Part shown: piece by piece, positions 29,395-39,344 of the stretch
Position numbering within the stretch: position 1 is the first letter of the stretch
Layout: each line of letters begins with the position of its first letter
NCBI GenBank assembly: GCA_030747075.1
Contig: JASLLL010000004.1
Coordinates: 70,891-134,890 of the forward strand
Direction: 5' to 3'
DNA from: Gemmatimonadota bacterium
GTDB lineage: Bacteria; ARS69
DNA length: 64,000 nt
Program-made: the position numbers and the translations under genes
The notes under the pieces: generated by a model
Databases searched by the model: none
Told to the model about the DNA's origin: nothing
Seen by the model: the letters and a program-made list of their open reading frames with translations, nothing else

Positions 29395-30795
29395 ATGCGT
29401 AAGGCACACATTCTGATTTGTGGGGGACTCGTCGTCCTTCTGGCCACCGCGGCCGGTGCGGCGACGGTATTTGTGCCCGCAGATTATCCCACGATCCAGC
29501 AGGCCATCGACGGTTCCGTGGCGGGCGACCAGATCATCGTTTCGCCGGGAACTTACGAGGAACAGCTCGTCCTTGCCAAGGATGTCACCGTGACCGGCTC
29601 CGGTCCCGGCGTCACCGTGGTCCGTTCACCGGACACGCTCACCGAGTACTTCACGACGAGCGCGAACAACTACCCGGTCGTGTATTTCACCGGCACGCTC
29701 AACGCAGTCGTTGAAGAGCTGACGGTGGACGGAGCGGGGAAGGGAAATGCGAACAGCCGGTTCATCGGAGTCGGCTTCTACAACGCGGGTGGTTCGCTCC
29801 TGAACTGCACCGTCACCGATGTGCGGGACACGCCGTTCAGCGGCGCGCAACATGGGGTTGGCATCTACGCCTACTCCGACGGCGGCGGCTACCCGACTCA
29901 CAATGTGCTGCTCTCCCGGTGCCGTGTGACGGACTATCAGAAGGCGGGCATCGTGATGAACGGCACCCAGCTTCTGGGCACCGTGACCGAGTGCATCGTG
30001 TCCGGCGCCGGGCAGACCTCCGTGACCGCACAGAATGGGATCCAGTTCGGTTACGGATGCAGCGGCATGGTCAACACCTGTCAGGTGCGGGACCATTCGT
30101 ACACGGGCGCGTCGTGGACCGCGTCCGGGATTCTCGCGTATCAGGCGGGGAATCTGGATGTCGTTTCCTGCCCGCAGATCGCGCACAACCAGATGGGCGC
30201 CTACTTCGTCATGACTTCCGGCACCTTTACCGACAACACCCTCTATTCCGGCGCACTGGGGCAAGGTGCGGGGGGTAGCTACTGGGGGCTTGGTGTGGAT
30301 CGGGAGGGAGCCCATTCGCCCGCTCCTGCGGTCTGGACCGAAGACCTGCTGCCGCCGTTGGCCGGGCGAAGCACGACCACGGTTCTCGTGAACTCGTGCA
30401 GCTTTGCGGGGGACGGTACAGGCTCCGGCACCGGGATCGGCGCATGGGCGCAAAACGGAGACAATGTTTCGCTGTCCGTGGATACCTGCGACATCACCCA
30501 GTGGACCTGGGGTGTGGAGGTGTGGGACGACGGGTCGGCTGCGGCTTCCGTCGGAGTTCACAGTTGCTGCATTCGCTCCAACACGAGCGAAGGTGTGGTG
30601 AACTACACCGCCACGGATGTCATCGCGACCAACAACTGGTGGGGAAGCACGAGCGGTCCTTCGGGCGAGGGGCCGGGAACGGGAGACGCGGTTTCCACCG
30701 GAGTAGTCTTTGCTCCGTGGCTCTCCTACAATCCCTGCAACCCGGTTTCCGTCGAAGATGTCTCCTGGGGCCGCGTGAAGGGATTCTACCGGTAG
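29395..30795 (+). CDS. Secreted right-handed beta-helix (pectin-lyase-like) protein with terminal SWGRVKGFYR motif
   Basis: Signal peptide; VPADYPTIQQAID, GTYEE, ATNNWWG; C-terminal PVSVEDVSWGRVKGFYR. Confidence 0.8.
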   Translation: MRKAHILICGGLVVLLATAAGAATVFVPADYPTIQQAIDGSVAGDQIIVSPGTYEEQLVLAKDVTVTGSGPGVTVVRSPDTLTEYFTTSANNYPVVYFTGTLNAVVEELTVDGAGKGNANSRFIGVGFYNAGGSLLNCTVTDVRDTPFSGAQHGVGIYAYSDGGGYPTHNVLLSRCRVTDYQKAGIVMNGTQLLGTVTECIVSGAGQTSVTAQNGIQFGYGCSGMVNTCQVRDHSYTGASWTASGILAYQAGNLDVVSCPQIAHNQMGAYFVMTSGTFTDNTLYSGALGQGAGGSYWGLGVDREGAHSPAPAVWTEDLLPPLAGRSTTTVLVNSCSFAGDGTGSGTGIGAWAQNGDNVSLSVDTCDITQWTWGVEVWDDGSAAASVGVHSCCIRSNTSEGVVNYTATDVIATNNWWGSTSGPSGEGPGTGDAVSTGVVFAPWLSYNPCNPVSVEDVSWGRVKGFYR

Positions 30796-30834
30796 TGCAC
30801 TTCGGCCGCCCGTGCGCGGCGGTCGGACGCACCG

Positions 30835-30873
30835 AAGAAAAAGGGCCCGGACGCACAGGGAGGCGTCCGGGCC
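30835..30873 (-). terminator. Rho-independent terminator (minus strand, possibly bidirectional)
   Basis: Perfect 11-bp IR GGCCCGGACGC/GCGTCCGGGCC with an A-run on its left (U-tract on the minus strand). Confidence 0.7.
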
Positions 30874-31121
30874 TGATCGCGTTCCGAGGCGGGAGGTGGC
30901 GGATCGTTCTCTGCTCTGCAGGCGACCCGAGCCATCCCCCCTCGGGTCTCCACCACCTCGCCGCCATCGGAACGGGAAGCTGATTTCCAGCGCTCGGTCC
31001 ACTGAGCACCACGGACCAGTTTACGAGTACCGGGTCAGGAAAGCAAGAACCAGGGACAAGAAAATGCCCCGGCTCCGACTCTCCGGCAAGGGGCGGGAAC
31101 CGTTCCCGCCCCCCGGTGGAG

Positions 31122-31722
31122 CTACTCGTTGTAGCGCTCCTTGTACATCTCCCGGAGCGCGGCGGCTTCTTCCACCGAAAGCCCCTTCATCCAGAGGTGG
31201 TCCTTCCCGGTCAGGAAGGTCTCCACCTTCTGGCGGTACTTGTTGCCCATCTCCTCGCTCTTCAGCTCCGCGGCCTCGATCACGGCCGGGAGGAAATCCA
31301 TGTAGAAGTGCTTGGAGACCTCGTACATACCGTGCCAGTGCGTATAGTCCGGGCCCATCATGCTGGCACCGTGCCGTGCGCGACGGCCTTCGTGGTGCCA
31401 GAGTTCCCAGAAGATCCACTGCACATTGTGCTCGAACGGCGCGTCGGGCTTCAGGACGCCGTCGGCCTTGAGGTCGGTCATGAACTGCTTGGCGGGCTTG
31501 GCGAACTTCTCGTTGTACAGCACGACGAGGCTGTCGAACTGCTCGTAGAAGTTCTTCGTGTGCGTGTCGCTGTGGCAGTTCCGGCAGGCGCCCATCATCT
31601 TCTCCCGCCGTTCCTCCCAGGTGACGACCTCCGCGACTTTCCGCTCCACCGACTTCTTCACCAGCTCGTAGTCCTCGACGACCTTCTCGATGGTGTTCAC
31701 CTTCGAGCCGACCTCCGGGATC
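31122..31722 (-). pseudogene. 3' fragment of an HAO-like multiheme cytochrome c (N-terminal hemes missing)
   Basis: One CRNCH plus WHHEGRRARHGASMMGPDYTHWHG; in-frame stop near 31790 and no signal peptide or further CxxCH upstream. Confidence 0.75.
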
Positions 31723-31825
31723 GCGCACTCGGCTACCGTCCTCCGGCACCCGAAGCGATCGAGCCGCTGCCACTCCGGCTCGTCGCAGGTCTAACTTAGA
31801 GAGTGGTACAACATGTCCCGGGCAG

Positions 31826-32386
31826 GTCACGGGGATCTTCCAGTTCCTCTTCGGGTGGGACGGGGGCGCGGGCGTGCGCGGCACTCTTCATCGGGGAGCG
31901 GCGGTGCTGTTCTCGGTCGGGTGCGTGTGGCACCTCATCTACCTGTGTACGGCGCGTGGCCGCCAGTTCCTGCGTGACATGTGGCCGCGGATCTCGGACG
32001 GGGCGGATCTCTGGAACATGCTGCTCCACAACCTCGGGCGCCCGGAGTCCCCGCCGCGCTTCGGACGATTCAGCTTTGTGGAGAAGATGGAATACTGGGC
32101 GCTCATCTGGGGATCGGTCATCATGGCGGGGACCGGCCTCTTCCTCTGGTTCGACAATGTGGCCGTTCAGTACATCCCCAAGGGAGTGCTGGATGTTCTC
32201 CTGATCATCCACTTCCTGGAAGCAGTGCTGGCGACGCTCGCGATTGCCATCTGGCACTTCTATTTCACCGTGCTGCGGCCGGGCGTGTACCCGGGGAATC
32301 CATCGTGGCTGACGGGGAAGATGCCGCTGGAAATGCACCGCCACGAGCATCCGGCGGAGTACGATGCGGAGGATGTGGACGCGTAG
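31826..32386 (+). pseudogene. 3' fragment of a cytochrome b (FdnI/cytochrome b-b6-like) membrane subunit
   Basis: LHRGAA...WHL, RFSFVEKMEYWALIWG, IHFLEAVLA..AIAIWHFY, WLTGKM; first TM helix and a credible start are absent. Confidence 0.7.
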
Positions 32387-32427
32387 GGGAGACCCGGCCA
32401 CTTGGCGCCGTGTGGTATACTCCACGC

Positions 32428-32538
32428 ATGAACCGCATCCTGCTCTTCGCATCACTGCTTATCGCGACCGCTCTGCCCGCCGGGACGACTCCGGCACCTC
32501 CCACACCACCAGACCCCCTTCATTCCGGCTTGGGCTGA
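32428..32538 (+). CDS. 36-aa signal-peptide-like micro-ORF (or gene remnant)
   Basis: MNRILLFASLLIATALPAG plus Pro-rich tail; extended -10 TGgTATACT (32413-32421) 6 nt upstream. Confidence 0.45.
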   Translation: MNRILLFASLLIATALPAGTTPAPPTPPDPLHSGLG

Positions 32539-32664
32539 GCTCTCACTTGGACGATGATCTGACGAGGGGCGGACGGCCCCGCGGGTCCCCGGCTTCACGG
32601 GGCTGCCGACTTCCGGAGGGGCACTCTGCGCGAGCTTCCTGTCATCGTCGCGACACTGGCCGGA

Positions 32665-33885
32665 ATGTGTGCGCTCGGGTTTCCCGTGCGCGCGATGCTC
32701 CGGCGTGCGGGGGCACCCCCGGCCGTCTCGCTGATGGCGCTGGGAGTCCTCATCGGGCCGGGCGTTCTCGACTGGATGCCCGCCGCATGGGACGGCGTTT
32801 TGGAGACGACCTCGCGCGCCGCCTTCGTCGTGCTTCTACTGAGGGCGGGGCTGGACCTTCCACCCGGGGTTCTGCGCACGGTGGCCGTGCCGGCACTCGT
32901 ATTCGGGACGGTGCCGGTGGCCGCCGAGTTTGCGGTCGTCACGGGGCTGGCGCGCGTCTTCCTCTTCGATCACTGGGTGCTTGCGCTCCTCGCCGGGGTA
33001 CTCGTGGCCGCGGTCTCTCCAGCCGTGATTCTGCCGACCATGCTCTCCCGCAAGAAACGGGGGTGGGGGAGCGCGCGAATGGTGCCGGATCGAATCATTG
33101 GACAGACGCTTGTGAACGCCATCCTCGCCCAGACGGGAATCCTGTGCCTCCTCGCGGTCCTGGACCCCGGACGGTCCGCGCAGGGCGCCGTGTGGAGTCT
33201 CGCGGCGTTTCCGCTCGCGGTGGTGGGCGGCGGGGCGGTCGGCGTCGCGGTGGGTCGCTGGGGGATCCCCCGCGCCGTACTGCAGGCGCTCCCGTCGTGG
33301 GCCGCCACCCTTGTCGTACTGGGCGCCGGGCTGGGCGTGTACTTCGGGTGTGGTCTCCTCGGGCTTGAGGCCGTGGTGGCGGCGCTGGCCGCGGGGGTCG
33401 CGGTCCGCGTCCGTCTCCCGGACGGCGCGCCCGGGATTCGGGCGGGGCTGCATCGCGTCTGGCAGGTTGCGGAAGTCGTTCTTTTCGTGAACCTGGGTTC
33501 GCAGATCGACCTGTCCGGGCTGAGCCGGTCCGACCTTGTGCTGAGCCTTCTCGCGGTGCTGGGGGTCGCTCTTGTCGCAAGGCTTGCCGTGGCCCGGCTG
33601 CTCGTCGCCCGGACATCACTGACGGCGCCGGAGCGACGCTGTGTGCTGCTGGCCCATGTGCCCAAGGCGACCATTCAGGCAGTGTTCGGGGCTCTGCCGC
33701 TCCTGAAGATCCGCGAATGGGGCCTCACTTCCATGGAGGACGCGGGGCAGGTCCTCCTGCTTCTCTCCGCGCTGGCGATCGTGGCGACCGCACCGATCGG
33801 AGCCTGTCTTCTGGAGCGGGTGAGTGCCCGAGCCGCCACGGGAACCCCGTCGCCTTCCTCTCGCCCCGGAGCGGTCGCGCCCTGA
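32665..33885 (+). CDS. Cation:proton antiporter (CPA1/Na_H_exchanger family)
   Basis: About 12 TM helices; LLRAGL, AAVSPAV, PKATIQA; true start may be CTG 32626. Confidence 0.8.
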   Translation: MCALGFPVRAMLRRAGAPPAVSLMALGVLIGPGVLDWMPAAWDGVLETTSRAAFVVLLLRAGLDLPPGVLRTVAVPALVFGTVPVAAEFAVVTGLARVFLFDHWVLALLAGVLVAAVSPAVILPTMLSRKKRGWGSARMVPDRIIGQTLVNAILAQTGILCLLAVLDPGRSAQGAVWSLAAFPLAVVGGGAVGVAVGRWGIPRAVLQALPSWAATLVVLGAGLGVYFGCGLLGLEAVVAALAAGVAVRVRLPDGAPGIRAGLHRVWQVAEVVLFVNLGSQIDLSGLSRSDLVLSLLAVLGVALVARLAVARLLVARTSLTAPERRCVLLAHVPKATIQAVFGALPLLKIREWGLTSMEDAGQVLLLLSALAIVATAPIGACLLERVSARAATGTPSPSSRPGAVAP

Positions 33886-34164
33886 AGGACCCCGGGGCGG
33901 CGGAGTGGCGCGAGACGCGGCACTCGGCGAACACACTCCTTCGCAACGCAACGCTGCCGCCTCAGCGGACGCACTCTTCGCTTCGCCTGGTCGCCGTCCG
34001 GGCGGAAGTGCGCCATGTAGGTCCGTGAAGACCGGCGCTCCCCCTGTCCGGCACGCCTGTCCAGGTCCGGTGGGTGCCCCCCCCGGGTTCCCTACGGTGG
34101 AATCGACGGGCCGGACTTTGCGACCAAGGGCATTGAAGAGATCCGGTGTGTTCGAAGTTAAGAT

Positions 34165-34185
34165 ATAGTGACCATCTATCACTAT
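34165..34185. promoter_or_regulatory. Palindromic operator candidate ATAGTGA-N7-TCACTAT in an AT-rich tract
   Basis: Perfect 7-bp inverted repeat upstream of CDS 34289. Confidence 0.45.
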
Positions 34186-34288
34186 TAGTCTGGCTTCTCG
34201 CGAAATATTCCAGCTCATGCTGGTATTTTTGCGGATGTTTGATAGGATTCGTGCCTGACAGAGGCATGGGCAAGGGGGGGGGACGGTC

Positions 34289-35746
34289 GTGACTCAGCGT
34301 TCTGATCACCGTACATCCTCCATGGATGACCCGCCGGGTCCGGGCCGCGGGGCGGCGGACCTGCGCGACTTTCTCAGCGGGAGGATTGCGGAGACGCAGG
34401 CGCGGGTCGATCGGCTGGAGGAGCTTCGGCGGGACCTGACCGGGAGCGGAGACGCCGGCAAGGCGGGTGCCGCGGAGGTTCGACGGCATCAACTGGTGCT
34501 CTGTACGCGCAGGGATCGTCTGGTGGCTCTCCTCGAAGATCCTTCGATGGCGGCCGCGCTGGACGGAAGCGGTTCGCCGCGCGCGTTGACTCCACTCTGG
34601 GCGGAGGTGGCGCGGCACCTCATGGGGGGTGGCGAGGAGGTCGACGACGAGGCGTTCCTGCGGCACCGGAAGAGCGCGGACGCGGCGAACTCGGCGGCGC
34701 GCCGCCTTGCCTCCGAGATCCAGGGCGTGCTTCCCGGGCTGGCGTTGTTGGGCCCGGAGGAAGTCAACGCCCGTCTCCATGTGTGGCTCGGGCGGTTGCG
34801 CGGATACCTGGACGGCTTCGACTTGGACGACGACGCCCAGCGCGACATTCAGCGCACCTTTGGCGAAATCAACTCCGCGCGGCGCATGCTCGGGATCGAC
34901 GGGTTTCCAGATCCCCTGAGCCGGGAGTTTCGGACGGACTGGAAGCAGTATGTCGAGTTGTGGGAGGAACGGCTCGAACGGGCTCGCCTTCAGGATGAAC
35001 TGGATCGCCGTGAAGACGGGCGTCTTCGCGAGGAGCGCGAGGGTGTCCGGTCGCTGGATCCGGAGGATCGCCGTCGGCATGATCTGATGATCCACGAAAT
35101 CACGCAGATCCTTCGGGAGATGGCCGCCAGCGAGGAATGGTGGTCCTTTCCCGATCAGCGTGAGGAGGCGCGCGAGTATCTGCTGGGCGGAATGGAAGCC
35201 GGCGGATGCACGAACGACTCCTTCCTTGCGGCAGCGCGAGTCTTTGCTCCGCTGGTGGAGGGGGACCGGTTTCGCCCGCTTCGGCGGTCCCTGGCGGGAG
35301 AGGGGATGGACCTCTCGCGGGATCGCTCTCTGTCGGACGCGCGTGACCGTCCGGACGATCCGCTCTTCGCAAGGCTTCGACCGTCGTGGGAAGGGAAGCG
35401 CGTGGTTCTCGTGGGCGGACTGCCGCGCGAAGGCTCCCGTCGTCGTCTGGAGCGGGGGCTGGCGCTGGCGTCGCTCCGGTGGTTCGAGTACTTCCGCCAC
35501 CGAAGCCAGCGCGACGAAGCGGCGGTCGCGATCCGCGCGGGGGGCGTCGATCAGGTTCTGCTTCTTGCGCGGTACGCCGGGTCCGGCATCGGCGGTCTCC
35601 GGGATGTCTGCCGAAGCATGGGCGTTCCGTTTCGCACCGTCGAAACCGGATGCGGCGTCGCCGCCGTTCTCCGGACTCTGCGCGAACTGGAGGAACCCGT
35701 CTGGGTTCACGCCTCTGAGTCGCTGGAGGAATCTCCCGTCCTCTGA
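34289..35746 (+). CDS. Hypothetical helical protein with C-terminal DUF2325-like alpha/beta domain
   Basis: C-terminal VVLVGG...WF...D.VLLLARYA...C...GVPF pattern; long helical N-terminus. Confidence 0.6.
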   Translation: MTQRSDHRTSSMDDPPGPGRGAADLRDFLSGRIAETQARVDRLEELRRDLTGSGDAGKAGAAEVRRHQLVLCTRRDRLVALLEDPSMAAALDGSGSPRALTPLWAEVARHLMGGGEEVDDEAFLRHRKSADAANSAARRLASEIQGVLPGLALLGPEEVNARLHVWLGRLRGYLDGFDLDDDAQRDIQRTFGEINSARRMLGIDGFPDPLSREFRTDWKQYVELWEERLERARLQDELDRREDGRLREEREGVRSLDPEDRRRHDLMIHEITQILREMAASEEWWSFPDQREEAREYLLGGMEAGGCTNDSFLAAARVFAPLVEGDRFRPLRRSLAGEGMDLSRDRSLSDARDRPDDPLFARLRPSWEGKRVVLVGGLPREGSRRRLERGLALASLRWFEYFRHRSQRDEAAVAIRAGGVDQVLLLARYAGSGIGGLRDVCRSMGVPFRTVETGCGVAAVLRTLRELEEPVWVHASESLEESPVL

Positions 35747-35766
35747 TAGCCTCGCCGCACCGGGAG

Positions 35767-37089
35767 GTGAGGATGACGGGGGTGCAGTGGGTGCCGGTTC
35801 TTGCGGGGGGCGCCGTGGCCGTGTTCGGTGCCGTGGCGCTTCTTCAGTGGCGGCGGGCTGATTCGTGGCGGGATCGTGCCGCGCGCCTCGAAGCGGAACT
35901 GCAGGCGTCGCGTGACTCCAACGACACCACCGAATCCATTCTGGAGACGGTGGAGACCCGGTTCCGCGATGCCTTCCGGTCCCTTTCGGCCGATGCCCTC
36001 TCCGAGAACAGCGACACCTTCCTCCGGCTGGCGCGGACCTCCTTCGACGGGTTTCGAGAAGCGACCGCCACCGACCTCGAGCGTCGCCGTGCCGCCGTGG
36101 ATGATCTTGTGCGTCCGCTTACGGAAGGCCTCGGCCGGATCGACCGGCATCTTACCGAAGCCGAGAAGGAACGAGGCAGCGCCCATGCCGCGCTCACCGG
36201 GCAGATCGACGGGCTGTTTCGCACGCAACAGGCCCTTCAGACGGAAACGGTGGGGCTTCGCCGGGCGTTGAGCGCGCCGTCCATTCGCGGGCGGTGGGGC
36301 GAAGTGCAACTTCGTCGCGTGGTCGAAATGTCGGGGATGGCCGAACACTGCGACTTCACCACACAGGATTCGTCCTCCGACGAGGAAGGGCGCGTGTTGC
36401 GGCCGGACCTGGTGGTGCACCTGCCCGGAGGGCACAGCATCGTCGTGGATTCCAAGGCGCCGCTGGCGGCCTACCTGAAGGCGATGGATGCGTCGGGAGA
36501 AGCGGAACGCGAAGTCCACCTGCGCGCTCATGCGCAGAGCGTGCGGGATCATCTGAAGGCGCTGGGGGGAAAGGCGTACTGGGAGCGTGTTCAGCCCGGC
36601 CCGGAGTTTGTCGTGATGTTCCTGCCGGGCGAAGCGATTCTCGGCGCCGCACTCGGCAAGGATCCGGATCTGCTGGAGTACGGCGTGGATCACAAGGTGA
36701 TCCCGGCCAGCCCCGCGACCCTGATTGCGCTCTTGCGTTCGGTCGCTTTCGGGTGGCGGCAGGAACGCGCCGCGGAGAGCGCGCGCGCGATTGCGGAACT
36801 GGGTCGCGAACTTCACGGGCGCATCGGTACGCTGGCCGCGCACTTCACCGACATGGGTCGCGCGCTGGGGAAGACCGTGGACACCTACAACCGCGCGGTC
36901 GGGTCGTTCGAAGCGCGCGTGTTGCCGGGCGCGAGACGGTTTCATGAACTGGGCGCGGTGGATTGTGCCGAAGTCGACTCTCCTCCTCCGCTCGACAGAG
37001 TCCCGCGCTCGCTTCGAGATCCGGCAGACCCGGCTGGTCCGGAGCGGATCTCCGAAGGCGAACCGGAGAACACGGAGATGAAGCCGTGA
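35767..37089 (+). CDS. rmuC: DNA recombination protein RmuC
   Basis: N-terminal TM and coiled coil; RGRWGEVQL, RPDLVVHLPG, VVDSKAPL, PEFVVMFLPGE, ASPATLIALL. Confidence 0.93.
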   Translation: MRMTGVQWVPVLAGGAVAVFGAVALLQWRRADSWRDRAARLEAELQASRDSNDTTESILETVETRFRDAFRSLSADALSENSDTFLRLARTSFDGFREATATDLERRRAAVDDLVRPLTEGLGRIDRHLTEAEKERGSAHAALTGQIDGLFRTQQALQTETVGLRRALSAPSIRGRWGEVQLRRVVEMSGMAEHCDFTTQDSSSDEEGRVLRPDLVVHLPGGHSIVVDSKAPLAAYLKAMDASGEAEREVHLRAHAQSVRDHLKALGGKAYWERVQPGPEFVVMFLPGEAILGAALGKDPDLLEYGVDHKVIPASPATLIALLRSVAFGWRQERAAESARAIAELGRELHGRIGTLAAHFTDMGRALGKTVDTYNRAVGSFEARVLPGARRFHELGAVDCAEVDSPPPLDRVPRSLRDPADPAGPERISEGEPENTEMKP

Positions 37090-39344
37090 CGCGCATCGGT
37101 GAGAGTCCGCGTCGCCCGGACGCTCTCGGGAAGGCGATCGGGACCGCGCTTTACGCGGCCGATGTCCCCATCCCCGGGGTCTTTCACGGGATGACCATCC
37201 GAAGTCCGCACGCGCACGCGAAGATTCTCGCCATTCACTGGCGACCCGAGGCGGCGCCCCCGGATTCCGTCTTTGTCTCCGCCGAGGACATTCGAGGCCG
37301 GAACGGCATCCAGATCCTTGACGACAGCTGGCCCGTACTCGCCCGCGAAGAAGTGCGGCATGTCGGTGAACCGGTGGCCCTGGTCGCGGCGATGACTCGT
37401 TCGGCCGCACTGGAGGCGGCGCGCGCCGTCGAAGTCGAGTACGAACCGTTGACGGCTGTGGCGGACATGGAAGACGCGGAGGATGTGCCGTTGCTGCACG
37501 AAATCCGGCTTGGAACGGACGGCGTCGAGGCCGCGCTCTCCCGCGCAGACCGCATCATCACCGGCGAGTATCGCACCGGCCTTCAGGAACACGCGTACAT
37601 CGAGAATCAGGCGGTGACCGCGTGGTTTGAGACGGACGGGACGCTGCAGATCACCGGGTCGATGCAGTGCCCGTTCTATGTTCACTCCGCGCTGGTTCAC
37701 AGCCTCGGCCTTCCGGAGGAGATGGTTCGCGTTCGTCCCACGGTGGTCGGGGGGGGCTTTGGCGGGAAGGAGGAGTACCCCAGCATGCTCGCGCTGCACG
37801 CGGCGCTTCTGGCGACGGCGTGCGGGGAACCGGTGCGGATTGCCTACGATCGCCACGAGGACATCGTCGGCACGACAAAGCGCCACCCTTCGCGCGTGCT
37901 GCATCGAACCGGTGTGGATGCGGAAGGGCACATCGTCGCGACGGACATTCGCGTCGATCTTGACGGCGGGGCTTACCGGACCCTTTCGCCGGTCGTGCTC
38001 TCGCGGGCGGTACTTCACGCGGCAGGCGCGTACCGCGCGGGAGTCGCGCGGATTCACGGGCGCGTGCTTCGGACGAATATGCCGCCGAGCGGAGCTTTTC
38101 GCGGCTTCGGGGCACCGCAGGTGCTCTTCGCGATGGAACGGCAGATGGATCGCATCGCGAGGGAGACGGGGATGAACCCGGTGGACATTCGCCGAAAGAA
38201 TGCGCTTCGACCGGGCGATGCCCTCCCCACCGGGCAGGTTCTTGACGACACCACTGCGGCCGTGGAGTGCCTGGAAGAGGCGGTGCGGCGAACGGACTTC
38301 GAGCGGAAGCATGCGATAGCGGAGGCCGCGCGACATGGCGAAGCGGAGGCGCCGTCGAAAGGAATCGGGGTCTCGCTCTTTCTGCACGGGGCAGGGTTCA
38401 CCGGCGAGGGAGAGCGGCGGATGCGCTCGCCCGTGACCGTCCGGCTGGACGGACAGGGGCGGATCGAACTTCTGGTCGCCAACACCGAAATGGGGCAGGG
38501 GTGCGCCACGGTGCTGCCGCAGATTGCCGCGGACTCGGCGGGGGTGGCGATGGAGGACATCGTGCTGGCGGAGGTGGATACGGCCACCGTGCCGGACTCC
38601 GGCCCGACCGTGGCGTCGCGCACAACCATGGTCGTCGGGGGAGTCGTGGCCCGCGCGGCGGGGCGCCTTGCGCGGGAGGTGCTTGCGTGGTGGAAAGAGC
38701 GCACCGGGGGAGAGGCCCCCGCGCTGCATGACGGATTGATCACCGACGGCGCGCGCGATCCCGTTCCTTTCCGGGAAGCGGCACGGCTCCGCCGGGAAGA
38801 GGTCGGCCCGCTGGAGATCACCATGAGGTATGAGCCTCCCGACTGGCAGGACTTTGACGAGACCTCCTACCGGGGGGCCGCGTATCCCACTTATGCGTGG
38901 GGCGCGAATGTCGTCGAAGTGGAAGTGGATCCTGACACGCTGGAGGTTCGCGTGGACAAGGCCACGGCTGTCTGCGAGATCGGGCGTGCGATCCACCCGG
39001 AACTCTGCCGCGGGCAGATTGAAGGCGGGACGCTTCAGGCGATCGGCTTTGGGCTCCTGGAGGAACTGAAGACGGAAGACGGGCGTATCTTGAACGATCG
39101 ACTCCAGACTTACATGGTGCCGACCTCGGTCGACGCACCGGATCTGGCCATCCACCTGCTGGAGAAGCCGTGGGAGGGTGGCCCGTCCGGCGCAAAGGGC
39201 ATCGGGGAGCTTCCCATGGACGGGGGCGCCCCGGCCGCTCTGCAGGCGGTGGAGAACGCGACGGGGCTCATTGCGGATGAGGCGCCCGCGACACCGGAAG
39301 TGCTCCTGGAACTCCAGGCGAATCGGAGAGCGGACGCGCCATGA
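37086..39344 (+). CDS. Xanthine dehydrogenase family molybdopterin-binding subunit
   Basis: GTALYAAD, HAYIE, GGGFGGKE, AFRGFG, TEMGQG, SRTT, KGIGE. Confidence 0.92.
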   Translation: MTRIGESPRRPDALGKAIGTALYAADVPIPGVFHGMTIRSPHAHAKILAIHWRPEAAPPDSVFVSAEDIRGRNGIQILDDSWPVLAREEVRHVGEPVALVAAMTRSAALEAARAVEVEYEPLTAVADMEDAEDVPLLHEIRLGTDGVEAALSRADRIITGEYRTGLQEHAYIENQAVTAWFETDGTLQITGSMQCPFYVHSALVHSLGLPEEMVRVRPTVVGGGFGGKEEYPSMLALHAALLATACGEPVRIAYDRHEDIVGTTKRHPSRVLHRTGVDAEGHIVATDIRVDLDGGAYRTLSPVVLSRAVLHAAGAYRAGVARIHGRVLRTNMPPSGAFRGFGAPQVLFAMERQMDRIARETGMNPVDIRRKNALRPGDALPTGQVLDDTTAAVECLEEAVRRTDFERKHAIAEAARHGEAEAPSKGIGVSLFLHGAGFTGEGERRMRSPVTVRLDGQGRIELLVANTEMGQGCATVLPQIAADSAGVAMEDIVLAEVDTATVPDSGPTVASRTTMVVGGVVARAAGRLAREVLAWWKERTGGEAPALHDGLITDGARDPVPFREAARLRREEVGPLEITMRYEPPDWQDFDETSYRGAAYPTYAWGANVVEVEVDPDTLEVRVDKATAVCEIGRAIHPELCRGQIEGGTLQAIGFGLLEELKTEDGRILNDRLQTYMVPTSVDAPDLAIHLLEKPWEGGPSGAKGIGELPMDGGAPAALQAVENATGLIADEAPATPEVLLELQANRRADAP

